Shown: in pieces, positions 44,963-56,122 of the stretch
Layout: each line of letters begins with the position of its first letter
Position numbering within the stretch: position 1 is the first letter of the stretch
Assembly (NCBI GenBank): GCA_028821515.1
Contig: JAPPGA010000065.1
Span: forward strand, 2,870-66,869
DNA from: Gammaproteobacteria bacterium
GTDB lineage: Bacteria > Pseudomonadota > Gammaproteobacteria > Pseudomonadales > Azotimanducaceae
Length of the DNA stretch: 64,000 nucleotides
Direction: 5' to 3'
Program-made: the position numbers and the translations under genes
The notes under the pieces: generated by a model
What the model was told of the DNA's origin: nothing
The model's input: the letters and a program-made list of their open reading frames with translations, nothing else
The model's database searches: none

Positions 44963-45424
44963 GTGGAAGGCCTGAGCCAGGAACTCATCACCATCATCGC
45001 TGCCGCCATCGCCCTGGCAGCGGTCATCGTGCCCGGCGTCCGGTCGTTGCGGCGCGAGATCGGCGCCCTGCGGGGCGAGATGAGCGCTCTGCGTGGCGAG
45101 TTTCGGAGCGATCTGGGCGTCTTCCGGGAGGAAATGCGGGCTGACCTGAATTCCTTCCGGGATGAGATGCGCGGGGAGATGAACGCCTTCCGGGATGAGA
45201 TGCGCGGGGAGTTCAACTCCTTCCGGGATGAGATGCGCGGGGAGTTCAACTCCTTCCAGGAGGAGATGCGCGGCGAGATGAACGCCTTCCGCGAGGAGAT
45301 GCGAGGAGAGTTCAGCGACGTGCGTGCGGACCTGAGCGAGTCGCGCGAGCGGATGGCTCGGGTCGAGGGCCTTTTCGAGGGATTCACCAGGTCCGAGCCA
45401 GGGTTGCGGACGGGCTCGGCGTAG
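44963..45424 (+). CDS. N-terminally anchored 11-residue-repeat protein, paralogue of 239-964
   Basis: GTG start. TM segment LITIIAAAIALAAVIVPGV, then about ten units of FRDEMRGEFNS, which share the core RGEF.S...E with the first protein. Confidence 0.7.
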   Translation: MEGLSQELITIIAAAIALAAVIVPGVRSLRREIGALRGEMSALRGEFRSDLGVFREEMRADLNSFRDEMRGEMNAFRDEMRGEFNSFRDEMRGEFNSFQEEMRGEMNAFREEMRGEFSDVRADLSESRERMARVEGLFEGFTRSEPGLRTGSA

Positions 45425-45487
45425 ACGCAGGCGGCCCGGCAACCGGGCCGCGGGAATCCGCGAAGTCCTTGCCTCGTTTGACATGCA

Positions 45488-45519
45488 GCGGGGCAGGGTT
45501 AAGAATGCCCGCCTTTTAT
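45488..45519 (+). terminator. possible intrinsic terminator (or ilvIH leader hairpin)
   Basis: gcggggca-gggttaagaa-tgcccgc forms a 7 bp stem with one bulge, followed by cttttat. It lies ~60 nt after the 44963-45424 stop and ~20 nt before the ilvI start. Confidence 0.3.
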
Positions 45520-45539
45520 CCATACTCATTGGTTGTCCC

Positions 45540-47290
45540 ATGGCGGAGATGCTGTCCGGCGCCGACATGCTGATTCGCGCCTTGCAGGACGAAGGGGTTG
45601 AGTACCTTTTCGGCTATCCGGGCGGGGCTTCCCTGCACATCTACGACGCCATATTCAAACAGCAGAAGGTGGAGCACGTACTCGTGCGCCACGAACAGGC
45701 CGCGACGCACATGGCGGACGGCTATGCCCGGGCAACGGGACAGCCCGGCGTCGTCCTGGTGACTTCCGGGCCGGGGGCGACGAACGCCATCACCGGGATA
45801 GCCACGGCGCACATGGACTCGACGCCGATCGTCGTGATTTCGGGCCAGGTCCCGAACCCCCAGATCGGCACCGACGCCTTCCAGGAAACCGACATGGTCG
45901 GCATCTCCCGGCCCGTGGTGAAGCACAGTTTCCTCATCCGCGAAGCGTCGCAGATTCCGGAAGTCGTCAAGAAGGCCTTCTACATTGCGACCACCGGCCG
46001 TCCGGGTCCCGTGGTCATCGACGTCCCGAAGGACTCCACCGACCCGAACGAGACGTTCGAGTACCGCTATCCGCGCAAGGTGGCGCTCAGATCCTACAAT
46101 CCGACCCTGCGCGGCCACAGCGGACAGATCCGCAAGGCCGTGCGCGCGCTGCTTACGGCCAAACGCCCAGTCATCTACACCGGCGGTGGCGTCGTCCAGG
46201 GCAATGCCTCCGCCGAACTCCGGGAACTGGTCGACAGGCTCGACTACCCGGTCACCAACACGTTGATGGGCCTCGGCGGGTTTCCGGGCACCGACCGGCG
46301 ATTCCTCGGCATGCTCGGCATGCACGGCACGTTCGAGGCGAACATGGCCATGCACCATGCGGACGTCATCTTCGCCGTGGGTGCCCGTTTCGACGACCGC
46401 GTCACCAACAATCCGGACAAGTTCTGTCCGGATGCCACCATCGTGCATCTCGACATCGACCCCGCTTCCATCTCGAAGATCATTCGCGCCGACATTCCAA
46501 TCGTCGGACCGGCCGCAGCGGTGCTGCGCGAAATGAACCAGGTGGTGGGAAAGTCCCTGGACCGGAACCCGGATGGCATCGACCGGGACGCGCTGGCCGA
46601 CTGGTGGAACCGTATTCGACGCTGGCGCTCAAAACACGGGCTCGACCATGACCAGCGGCATCGCGGCGACTCGCCGCTGTTGCCGCAACAGGTGGTTCAG
46701 GCCGTGTACCGGGCGACTTCAGGCGATGCCTACGTGACGAGCGACGTCGGCCAGCACCAGATGTTCGCGGCGCAGTACTACAAGTTCGACGAACCGCGCC
46801 GCTGGATCAACTCGGGCGGACTCGGGACCATGGGATTCGGCCTGCCGGCCGCGATGGGCGTCCAGTTCGCTTATCCCGATGCCACCGTCGTGTGCATTAC
46901 CGGGGAAGGCAGTTTCATGATGAACATGCAGGAACTGTCCACCTGCATGCAGTACGCGCTTCCGGTCAAGATCATCAACCTGAACAACGCGGCGTTGGGC
47001 ATGGTCAAGCAGTGGCAGGACATGCAGTACGGGGGCCGCCTCTCCCACAGCACGTACCGCGACGCGCTCCCCGACTTCGTTGATCTCGCGGGGTCGTTCG
47101 GCCATGCGGGTTTTCGGGCAAGCAGCGTGAAGGAACTCGACGAAGTGATGTCCGAGGTATTCAGCCCGGCGTACAAGGACAAGCTGGTCTTCGTGGACGC
47201 CTGCATCGACCGCGAGGAGCACGTCTACCCGATGGCGATCAAGGGCGGCGCCATGAACGACATGGTCCTCGAGCGGCAACCGGCGCAGGC

Positions 47291-47294
<4 letters not shown>
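45540..47294 (+). CDS. ilvI: acetolactate synthase large subunit
   Basis: MAEMLSGADMLIRALQDEGVEYLFGYPGG, and the ThDP motif GGLGTMGFGLPAAMG...GEGSFMMN. The start is at ATG 45540. Confidence 0.95.
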
Positions 47295-48819
<1,525 letters not shown>

Positions 48820-48866
48820 TGAGGGTTTCGCCGGGTCAAATGTGCATGGAACCGTAGCCTGTAACC

Positions 48867-49670
48867 GTGGCGGACGACGACAACAGATCGAGATTGCGGC
48901 CGATCAGGACATCGACCGAGACGCCTGACGACGGCGTGCCCGGCAGGCGCCGGGGCTACCGGCGCGGCGTCGCGCTGCTTCCCAACCTGATCACCACCGG
49001 TGCGCTCTTCTCGGGCTTCTACGCGATCGTCGCGGGCATGAACGGGCGTTTCGTCGCGGCCGGCCTCGCGGTGTACGTCGCAATGCTGCTCGACGCGGCC
49101 GACGGCCGCGTTGCCCGCCTGACCAAGTCCGAAAGCGACTTTGGAGCGGAGTTCGACAGCCTCTCGGACATGGTGGCCTTCGGGGTGGCGCCGGCGCTGG
49201 TCGCTTTCTCCTGGGCGCTGTCGAGCCTGGAACAGGTTGGCTGGGTCGTGACCTTTGTGTACATGGCCTGCGCGGCGCTGCGGCTGGCCCGGTTCAACAT
49301 CCAGGAAACGGACCACCGTACGTTCACGGGGCTGCCGAGTCCGGCGGCGGCGGCGGTCGTCGCCGGTACTGTCTGGGTGTGGAGCGAAGCCCTGGGCGGG
49401 GCCGAGCCGGGAATTCTCACCGCGATTGGTCTCGGAGTGATCACCGCGGCAACGGGCCTGCTGATGGTATCGAACTTCAAGTACTTCTCGCCGAAGGTCA
49501 TCAACTTCCGGGGGCGCGTCGGTTTCTTCACGCTGGTCGGCGTCACGCTCGGCTTCGCCGTCGTGCTGGCCGATCCCCCGAAACTGCTGTTGCTGCTGTT
49601 CGCGGTCTACGCGCTATCCGGCCCCGGACGCTACCTCTGGCAGCGCCTGCGGGCGAAAGAGGAGGCGTAA
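48867..49670 (+). CDS. pssA: CDP-diacylglycerol--serine O-phosphatidyltransferase
   Basis: CDP-alcohol phosphatidyltransferase motif DAADGRVAR...[21 protein letters not shown] start. Confidence 0.9.
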   Translation: MADDDNRSRLRPIRTSTETPDDGVPGRRRGYRRGVALLPNLITTGALFSGFYAIVAGMNGRFVAAGLAVYVAMLLDAADGRVARLTKSESDFGAEFDSLSDMVAFGVAPALVAFSWALSSLEQVGWVVTFVYMACAALRLARFNIQETDHRTFTGLPSPAAAAVVAGTVWVWSEALGGAEPGILTAIGLGVITAATGLLMVSNFKYFSPKVINFRGRVGFFTLVGVTLGFAVVLADPPKLLLLLFAVYALSGPGRYLWQRLRAKEEA

Positions 49671-49680
49671 GGAGGCACCC

Positions 49681-50655
49681 ATGCTCGTTCGCGTCAAAAC
49701 CCGTAGCGACCCGAAAACATCCGAGATCACGCCAGAGCGCGTCTACCGCTCACGGCGGGAAATCATGGCGCTGGGCGCTTCTTCGCTGGCGCTTGCCGGC
49801 CTTGATGCGTTTGCGCTGTCCGAGGATTGGCTGAAGCGCAGGGGTTTTGGCGACGGCCCGGCCTTTCAGGGGCAGGACCCCGGCGAGGCGGTCACCCCGT
49901 TCGAGCACGCTTCCGCCTACAACAACTTCTACGAGTTCGGCACGGACAAGGGCGACCCGGCGCGGTACGCGGGGGAGATGACCGTCGACCCCTGGAGTGT
50001 CGAGGTCACGGGGGAGGTGGCGAAGCCGGGCACGATCGCCATCGAGGACCTGCTCGCCAATGTCGATCTCGAGGAACGGATCTATCGTCTTCGTTGCGTC
50101 GAGGCGTGGTCCATGGTCATTCCCTGGATCGGATTTCCGGTGAAACGCGTGCTGGACCGCTTCGAGCCGGCGGCCAGCGCGAAGTACGTCGAGTTCACGA
50201 CGCTGCACCGTCCCGAGGAGATGCGCGGCCAGCGGGACTTCTTTTCCAGCATCGACTGGCCTTACGTCGAAGGGCTGCGGCTCGACGAGGCCAACCATCC
50301 GCTGGCCATCTTCGCCGTCGGCATGTACGGCAGGGTGTTGCCGAACCAGAACGGCGCGCCGTTGCGCCTCGTCGTGCCGTGGAAATACGGCTTCAAGAGC
50401 ATCAAGTCCATCGTCAGGATCCGGCTCATGCGGCGCCAGCCGAGAACCACCTGGAACGTGATGGCGCCGTACGAGTACGGCTTCTACGCCAACGTCAATC
50501 CGGAAGTGGATCATCCGCGCTGGAGCCAGAAGACGGAGCGACGCCTGCCGAGTTCCTTCTTCTCGCCGAACCGCATCGAAACGCGGATGTTCAACGGCTA
50601 CGACGAAGAGGTCGCGCCGCTATACGCGGGCATGAACCTGCGCAGAAAGTACTGA
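49681..50655 (+). CDS. msrP: protein-methionine-sulfoxide reductase catalytic subunit MsrP (YedY)
   Basis: [16 protein letters not shown] (Tat-like leader), [14 protein letters not shown] and [14 protein letters not shown]. Confidence 0.9.
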   Translation: MLVRVKTRSDPKTSEITPERVYRSRREIMALGASSLALAGLDAFALSEDWLKRRGFGDGPAFQGQDPGEAVTPFEHASAYNNFYEFGTDKGDPARYAGEMTVDPWSVEVTGEVAKPGTIAIEDLLANVDLEERIYRLRCVEAWSMVIPWIGFPVKRVLDRFEPAASAKYVEFTTLHRPEEMRGQRDFFSSIDWPYVEGLRLDEANHPLAIFAVGMYGRVLPNQNGAPLRLVVPWKYGFKSIKSIVRIRLMRRQPRTTWNVMAPYEYGFYANVNPEVDHPRWSQKTERRLPSSFFSPNRIETRMFNGYDEEVAPLYAGMNLRRKY

Positions 50656-50659
50656 CGGC

Positions 50660-51304
50660 GTGAGCCAGGGAGCCCATCGCGCGAAGCCCGACCTTCGGTG
50701 GGCGGCGGCGAAGGTGCTGCTGTTCGTGGTGCTCGCGTTACCGCTCGGCCTGCTCGCGTACGACCTGTACCGCGAAATCGTCACGCCGGGCTCGGTCTTC
50801 GGGCCCGACCCGGAATCCGAGGTCGTCCGCTATCTCGGCGAATGGGCGATCCGGATGCTGATGGCGACGCTGGCGGTCTCGCCGGCGTCGCGACTGTTCA
50901 AACGACCCCACTGGGTGCGTTTCCGCCGCATGTTCGGCCTGTTCGCGTTCGCCTACGTGGTGATGCACTTCGTCGGCTACTGGGGGCTGTTCTGGCAGTT
51001 CGACCCGTCGGCATTCGTCAACGACTTCGTCGGCAAACGGCCCTACATCACGGTCGGAATGGCGGCGCTCGTGTGCCTGATTCCCCTTGCCGCGACATCG
51101 ACGCGGGGCTGGCAGCGCCGATTGCGCAGGAACTGGCGCCGGCTGCACCGGCTGGTCTATGTGATCGGGGTGCTGGCCTGCATCCACCTCTGGTGGCTGT
51201 CCAAGGGCGGTTACGGGGAGGCGGTCGCCTATTCGGCGATCCTGGCAGTGCTGCTGGGCGAGAGAATCGTTCACCGGGTTAGAATCCAGCGCAGCGCCCG
51301 CTGA
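50660..51304 (+). CDS. msrQ: MsrQ (YedZ) haem-binding membrane subunit
   Basis: A polytopic protein directly downstream of msrP, with conserved His in TM helices (HFVGYW, HRLVYV). Confidence 0.85.
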   Translation: MSQGAHRAKPDLRWAAAKVLLFVVLALPLGLLAYDLYREIVTPGSVFGPDPESEVVRYLGEWAIRMLMATLAVSPASRLFKRPHWVRFRRMFGLFAFAYVVMHFVGYWGLFWQFDPSAFVNDFVGKRPYITVGMAALVCLIPLAATSTRGWQRRLRRNWRRLHRLVYVIGVLACIHLWWLSKGGYGEAVAYSAILAVLLGERIVHRVRIQRSAR

Positions 51305-51321
51305 TTCCCGAGAGGGATACC

Positions 51322-51594
51322 TTGAAAAGAACGTACTGGCAGGAAAACCTGCGCCTGGTGGCGATCTGCCTCGCGGTGTGGTTCGTCGTCTCCTTCGGCT
51401 GCGGCCTGCTGCTTGTGGACGTCCTCAACGAAATCACTTTCGGCGGTTTCCGCCTCGGCTTCTGGTTCGCCCAGCAGGGCAGCATCTACGTCTTCGTGCC
51501 CCTCATATTCTTCTATGCCTGGCGGGTGACGCGCCTTGACCGGAAGTACGGCGTGGACGAGACGGACGAGCCCGACGCGTCGCGGGGCGACTGA
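51322..51594 (+). CDS. DUF4212 small subunit of a sodium:solute symporter
   Basis: YWQENLRLVAICLAVWFVVSFGCGLL...GFRLGFWFAQQGSIYVF. It overlaps the symporter start. Confidence 0.8.
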   Translation: MKRTYWQENLRLVAICLAVWFVVSFGCGLLLVDVLNEITFGGFRLGFWFAQQGSIYVFVPLIFFYAWRVTRLDRKYGVDETDEPDASRGD

Positions 51595-53333
51595 TGTCGC
51601 TCACGGCGCTCACCTATCTCGTGGTCGGAGCGACCTTCGCGCTCTACGTCGGCATAGCTTTCTGGTCGAAGGCCCGGGACACCGGGGATTTCTACGTCGC
51701 GGGCAAGCACGTGCACCCGGTGGCCAACGGCATGGCGACAGCGGCCGACTGGATGTCCGCCGCCTCGTTCATTTCGATGGCGGGCCTGATCGCGTACCTG
51801 GGTTACGGCGCCTCGGTGTATCTCATGGGCTGGACCGGCGGCTACGTGCTCCTCGCACTCCTGATCGCTCCCTATCTCCGCCGGTTCGGCAAGTTCACCG
51901 TGCCGGAGTTCATCGGCGAGCGGTACTACTCGCAGACCGCGCGGGTGGTCGCGGTGATCTGCCTGATCATCATTTCGTTCACCTACGTGGCGGGGCAGAT
52001 GCGGGGCGTCGGCATCGTGTTCTCGCGTTTTCTCGGCGTCGACGTGTCGACGGGCCTGTTCGTCGGCATGGGCGTGGTGTTCTTCTACGCCGTGCTCGGC
52101 GGCATGAAGGGCATCACGTATACCCAGGTGGCCCAGTACTGCGTCCTGATCTTCGCCTACACGGTGCCGGCGGTCTTCATCTCGCTTCAGGTCACCGGCA
52201 TTCCGATCCCGCAGATCGCCTTCGGCAGCGACATCGCGGGCGAGGACGTGCCGCTGCTCGTCAGGCTCGACCAGATCGTCACCGACCTCGGCTTCGCGGC
52301 GTATACCAGCGGCGCCAAGGGGCACGTGGACATGTTCTTCATCACGCTGGCGCTCATGCTCGGCACGGCCGGGCTTCCGCACGTCGTGGTGCGCTTCTTC
52401 ACCGTGCCGAAAGTGCGAGATGCCCGGATATCCGCGGGCTACGCGCTGCTCTTCATCGCCATCCTGTACACCACCGCGCCGGCGGTGGGCGCGCTCGCGC
52501 GCTGGAACCTCACTACCACCATCCAGGCGGGTCCGGTAGGGGAGGCGGACGCCAACCTCGCCTACGCGGAACGCCCGGAGTGGTTCAGGACCTGGGAGGA
52601 AACCGGCCTCCTGACCTACACGGACTTAAACGGCGACGGCCGGATCCAGTACTACAACGACGCGAACCCGGAGTTCGCCGAGCGGGCCCGCGAGTATGGC
52701 TGGCAGGGCAACGAGTTGTCGGTGGACCGTGACATCATCGTCCTCGCCAATCCGGAGATCGCCGGGCTGCCCGACTGGGTCGTGGCGCTGGTCGCCGCCG
52801 GAGGTATCGCGGCGGCGCTGTCGACTGCTGCGGGGCTGTTGCTCGTCATCTCGGCGGCGGTGTCGCACGATCTCCTGAAAGGGGTCGTCATGCCGCGCAT
52901 TTCCGAACGGCAGGAACTCATGGCGGGCCGCCTCAGCGCGGCTGCGGCGGTGATGGTGGCGGGATACCTGGGATTCGATCCGCCCGGGTTTGTCGCGGAG
53001 GTGGTCGCGCTCGCATTCGGCATCGCGGCGTCTTCGCTGTTCCCGGTGATACTGCTCGGCATATTCAGCGTTCGGGTCAATCGCGAGGGCGCCATCGCCG
53101 GCATGCTGACCGGGCTTCTGTTCACCGTCAGTTACATCGTCTATTTCAAGGGCTACATGGCGCCCATGGGCGGGAACGTTGCGGACAACTGGCTGTTCGG
53201 GATTTCTCCCGAAGGTATCGGCGTGCTCGGCGCCGCGCTCAACATGGGGGTCGCCCTCGGCGTAAGCGCGGCGACAGCCAGACCTCCGGAAAGCGTGCGG
53301 GAACTGGTGGAGCGGATTCGCCGGCCGGCCTGA
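51594..53333 (+). CDS. sodium:solute symporter family permease (ActP/VC2705-like)
   Basis: 579 aa and about 13 TM helices. The SSF-like segments are GDFYVAGK and AADWMSAASFISMAG. It is paired with DUF4212. Confidence 0.9.
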   Translation: MSLTALTYLVVGATFALYVGIAFWSKARDTGDFYVAGKHVHPVANGMATAADWMSAASFISMAGLIAYLGYGASVYLMGWTGGYVLLALLIAPYLRRFGKFTVPEFIGERYYSQTARVVAVICLIIISFTYVAGQMRGVGIVFSRFLGVDVSTGLFVGMGVVFFYAVLGGMKGITYTQVAQYCVLIFAYTVPAVFISLQVTGIPIPQIAFGSDIAGEDVPLLVRLDQIVTDLGFAAYTSGAKGHVDMFFITLALMLGTAGLPHVVVRFFTVPKVRDARISAGYALLFIAILYTTAPAVGALARWNLTTTIQAGPVGEADANLAYAERPEWFRTWEETGLLTYTDLNGDGRIQYYNDANPEFAERAREYGWQGNELSVDRDIIVLANPEIAGLPDWVVALVAAGGIAAALSTAAGLLLVISAAVSHDLLKGVVMPRISERQELMAGRLSAAAAVMVAGYLGFDPPGFVAEVVALAFGIAASSLFPVILLGIFSVRVNREGAIAGMLTGLLFTVSYIVYFKGYMAPMGGNVADNWLFGISPEGIGVLGAALNMGVALGVSAATARPPESVRELVERIRRPA

Positions 53334-53339
53334 ATCCGG

Positions 53340-54398
53340 TTAACTCTTTTCGCGGCGTTTTCGCGTAGCCACGGCAAGCTGGTCGAGGCACGTGACCGTG
53401 TCGTCCCAGCCGATGCAGCCATCGGTCACGCTCTGCCCGTAGACGAGTTCCTCGGCGTCGATGGACTGCGAGCCGCCGACGAGGTTGCTCTCGATCATCA
53501 CGCCCAGGATGTGTCCCTCGCCGGCCTCCAGTTGACCGCAGATGTCGTCGCAGACATTGAGCTGGCGGTTGGGATCCCGCTGCGCGTTCGCATGGCTCAT
53601 GTCGATCATGACGCTGTCCCGCAGTCCGGCCTGCTCCAGGATCTTGCTGGCGTAGTGGACGGAGGGGTTGTCGAAGTTCGTCTCGCCGCCACCGCCCCGG
53701 AGAATGATGTGGCAATCGTCGTTGCCCCGGGTCTGGAAGATGGCAGAGTGCCCCGCCTTGGTCACCGAGAGGAACACGTGCTCGTTCGTTGCCGACTTCA
53801 CCGCGTCGGCGGCGACCTGGATATTGCCGTTGGTGCTGTTCTTGAAGCCCACCGGGCAGGACAGGCCGGAAGCCAGTTGGCGATGGATCTGGCTCTCGGT
53901 GGTGCGCGCACCGATGGCGCCCCAGCACACGAGGTCGCCGTAGTACTGCGGCGAGATGGGGTCCAGGTACTCCGTGCCTGTGCCCAGTCCCAGGTCGACG
54001 ATGTTCTGGAGCAGTTGCCGCGCGGTGCGCAGCCCGAGGTTGATGTCGAACGTGCCGTCGAGGTGCGGGTCGTTGATGAGGCCCTTCCAGCCCACCGTCG
54101 TGCGCGGTTTTTCGAAGTAGACGCGCATGATGATGCAGAGGTCTTCCGCGAGTCGGTCAGCCTGTTCGGTCAGGCGCTCGGCGTATTCCATCGCAGCCTT
54201 GGGATCATGGATGGAACAGGGTCCCGCCACCACTGCCAGGCGGTCGTCCCGTCCCGCGATGATGTCGGCGAGCCGGCGCCGCAGGTTGAACACGAGCTGC
54301 GAGGCGCGCTGGGAGATGGGCAACTCCTCGATCATTTCCGCGGGAGCGGCGGCTTCCTCCATGCCCGATATGCGAACGTCGTCGGTGAGGTATTGCAT
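53340..54398 (-). CDS. 3-deoxy-7-phosphoheptulonate (DAHP) synthase, class I
   Basis: DDRLAVVAGPCSIHD, KPRTTVGWKGLINDP and SHANAQ. The isozyme type cannot be assigned by eye. Confidence 0.95.
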   Translation of the reverse strand: MQYLTDDVRISGMEEAAAPAEMIEELPISQRASQLVFNLRRRLADIIAGRDDRLAVVAGPCSIHDPKAAMEYAERLTEQADRLAEDLCIIMRVYFEKPRTTVGWKGLINDPHLDGTFDINLGLRTARQLLQNIVDLGLGTGTEYLDPISPQYYGDLVCWGAIGARTTESQIHRQLASGLSCPVGFKNSTNGNIQVAADAVKSATNEHVFLSVTKAGHSAIFQTRGNDDCHIILRGGGGETNFDNPSVHYASKILEQAGLRDSVMIDMSHANAQRDPNRQLNVCDDICGQLEAGEGHILGVMIESNLVGGSQSIDAEELVYGQSVTDGCIGWDDTVTCLDQLAVATRKRREKS

Positions 54399-54512
54399 GC
54401 TGTCCTTCTTTGTTTTCGACCCGTTCGGGGCCGTTCCTTGCGGCTTCGGGGACCCTTGTGCGAGCCCGTTGGGAAGCCTTCGGATGACCTAATTTAAGGG
54501 TGCGGAGCGCTG

Positions 54513-55106
54513 ATGTACACTTGTTCGATGCTCCCTTGTGCGTCCCTGGCATACCTGGATGCCCTCGGCATCGATGTCTGGGTGCGGCGCGAACTGCTTG
54601 ATGCGCGCGCACGCGCGGCCGCAGGGCGCACGCCGGGAACGGACGCCGCCCGGGCTCGCTTGTCCGTGGGCGAGGCGCTTGGCCAGGCCGCCGGCGCGCC
54701 TGCCGGCGAGGCGACTCGAGCGGTAGGCGAGGCTGTTGCGTTCACCATCCGATGCGTTCGTTTCGGGCGCGTGCTGGCCCTGATCGACGCGCCCCTGTGG
54801 CAGGAGCGGCGTTTCTTTCTCGATGTCGCGCGCGCCATGCATGGCGCGGGGCACGTCGAACCCGAGAGCCTGCGCTTCGACTGGCCCCAACTGCGCTCGG
54901 CGGATGCGGGGATGGAAGCGGCCCGCCGGGCTTTTCGCGCGTACCTCCAGACGCAGGTCGACGGGCGTACGCGGGTGCTGGCGGCCGGCGCGCGGGTGCG
55001 GGAGTTGATCGGCGATGATCTCGACGAATACCTATACCTGGACCGTGCGCTGCGCGGTCCGGCAGAGAAGCAATCGCTATGGCGGCGGATCCAGGCCCTG
55101 AAATAG
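54513..55106 (+). CDS. possible DNA polymerase III psi subunit (HolD-like)
   Basis: LAYLDALGIDVWVRRE resembles the LQQLGITQWSLRRP start of E. coli HolD. The position immediately upstream of, and overlapping, rimI matches the holD-rimI operon. Otherwise low-complexity Ala/Arg-rich. Confidence 0.5.
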   Translation: MYTCSMLPCASLAYLDALGIDVWVRRELLDARARAAAGRTPGTDAARARLSVGEALGQAAGAPAGEATRAVGEAVAFTIRCVRFGRVLALIDAPLWQERRFFLDVARAMHGAGHVEPESLRFDWPQLRSADAGMEAARRAFRAYLQTQVDGRTRVLAAGARVRELIGDDLDEYLYLDRALRGPAEKQSLWRRIQALK

Positions 55107-55558
55107 TCGCGTTTGAGGTCATGCACCTGCGCGACGTCGAAGACGTTGTTCGGAACGAGCGGAGTGCGTATGCGTTTCCGTGGGCGGGCAGCATCTTCGT
55201 GGATTGCATGGCTGCGGGGCACGAGTGCTGGATAGCGAGGTTCCGCGGCGAAGTCATCGGCCACGCCGTGCTCTCCGTGGCGGCGCGTGAAGCGCACCTG
55301 CTCAACATCTGCATCGGCCTGGACGCACAGCGCCAGGGGCACGGACGCGCGCTCGCCGAGCACATGATTGCGCGCGCCATCGGCCGCAGGGCACGCGTCA
55401 TGTTCCTGGAGGTGCGCCCGTCCAACGAGATCGCGTGCCGCCTGTATGCCTCCCTCGGCTTCGACGAAGTCGGACTGCGCAAGCGCTACTATCCCGCCGC
55501 GAATGGCCGGGAGGACGCGAGAATCCTGGCGCTTCGGCTTGACGCCGGCGACGCGTGA
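55079..55558 (+). CDS. rimI: ribosomal-protein-alanine N-acetyltransferase
   Basis: GNAT motifs: IAVAAREAHLLNICIGLDAQRQGHGRAL and FLEVRPSNEIACRLYASLGFDEVGLRKRYY. A later start (ATG near 55121) is equally possible. Confidence 0.85.
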   Translation: MAADPGPEIVAFEVMHLRDVEDVVRNERSAYAFPWAGSIFVDCMAAGHECWIARFRGEVIGHAVLSVAAREAHLLNICIGLDAQRQGHGRALAEHMIARAIGRRARVMFLEVRPSNEIACRLYASLGFDEVGLRKRYYPAANGREDARILALRLDAGDA

Positions 55559-55649
55559 CACCTTCCAGGGCAGGCTGTCTTTGGCTCCCTCTACGGGAGT
55601 AAGACGGCTGGGCGGGAGCGGCCCGGCCGCACCACCCGTGATGCCCCGG

Positions 55650-55675
55650 ATTGGTGCAAAATGCTTTGCACCAAT
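55650..55675. promoter_or_regulatory. perfect 26-bp palindrome ATTGGTGCAAA-ATGC-TTTGCACCAAT (candidate operator)
   Basis: Read directly. It lies ~105 nt upstream of the 55781 start and ~90 nt after the rimI stop. No T-tract follows it. Confidence 0.4.
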
Positions 55676-55780
55676 CTTGTGCGGGGAGCTATCCTACGCG
55701 CCGAATCCCGGGTCCCGGCGTCGTGGAACTCGCGCGGGAAAGCCTGGTCAGAGACTGACGAGTTCGATTGAGGAAATGCG

Positions 55781-56122
55781 ATGAAACGAAACACCGGCCC
55801 ATGGGTGGCCGGCGCCGTGATGGCGGCCTTGCTGCAGTCTTCGGCGCTTGCCTCCGGTTCCATCACCGCGGGCGGGGCGATCAACCCCCGGGACGCGTAT
55901 ACGCAGGGCAAGGCGCTGACGTTCCAGAAGCTGGTGTGTGCTGCCTGCCCGATCCAGAAAGGCGCGCTGGACCGCGAACGGGCGCTCAGTCTCAAGAACA
56001 GCCTGGAGGCCCGTGACGAGGCGGACAAGCCTGGCACTCCGGATGACGATCACATCAAGGTGCTTGAGCGCGACGAGCAGGAGATGGTGCATTACTACCT
56101 GACGCGACGGTACCGGCTGTGA
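55781..56122 (+). CDS. small secreted hypothetical protein
   Basis: Signal peptide AGAVMAALLQSSALASG, 113 aa. The stop overlaps the next start (GTGA). Confidence 0.55.
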   Translation: MKRNTGPWVAGAVMAALLQSSALASGSITAGGAINPRDAYTQGKALTFQKLVCAACPIQKGALDRERALSLKNSLEARDEADKPGTPDDDHIKVLERDEQEMVHYYLTRRYRL

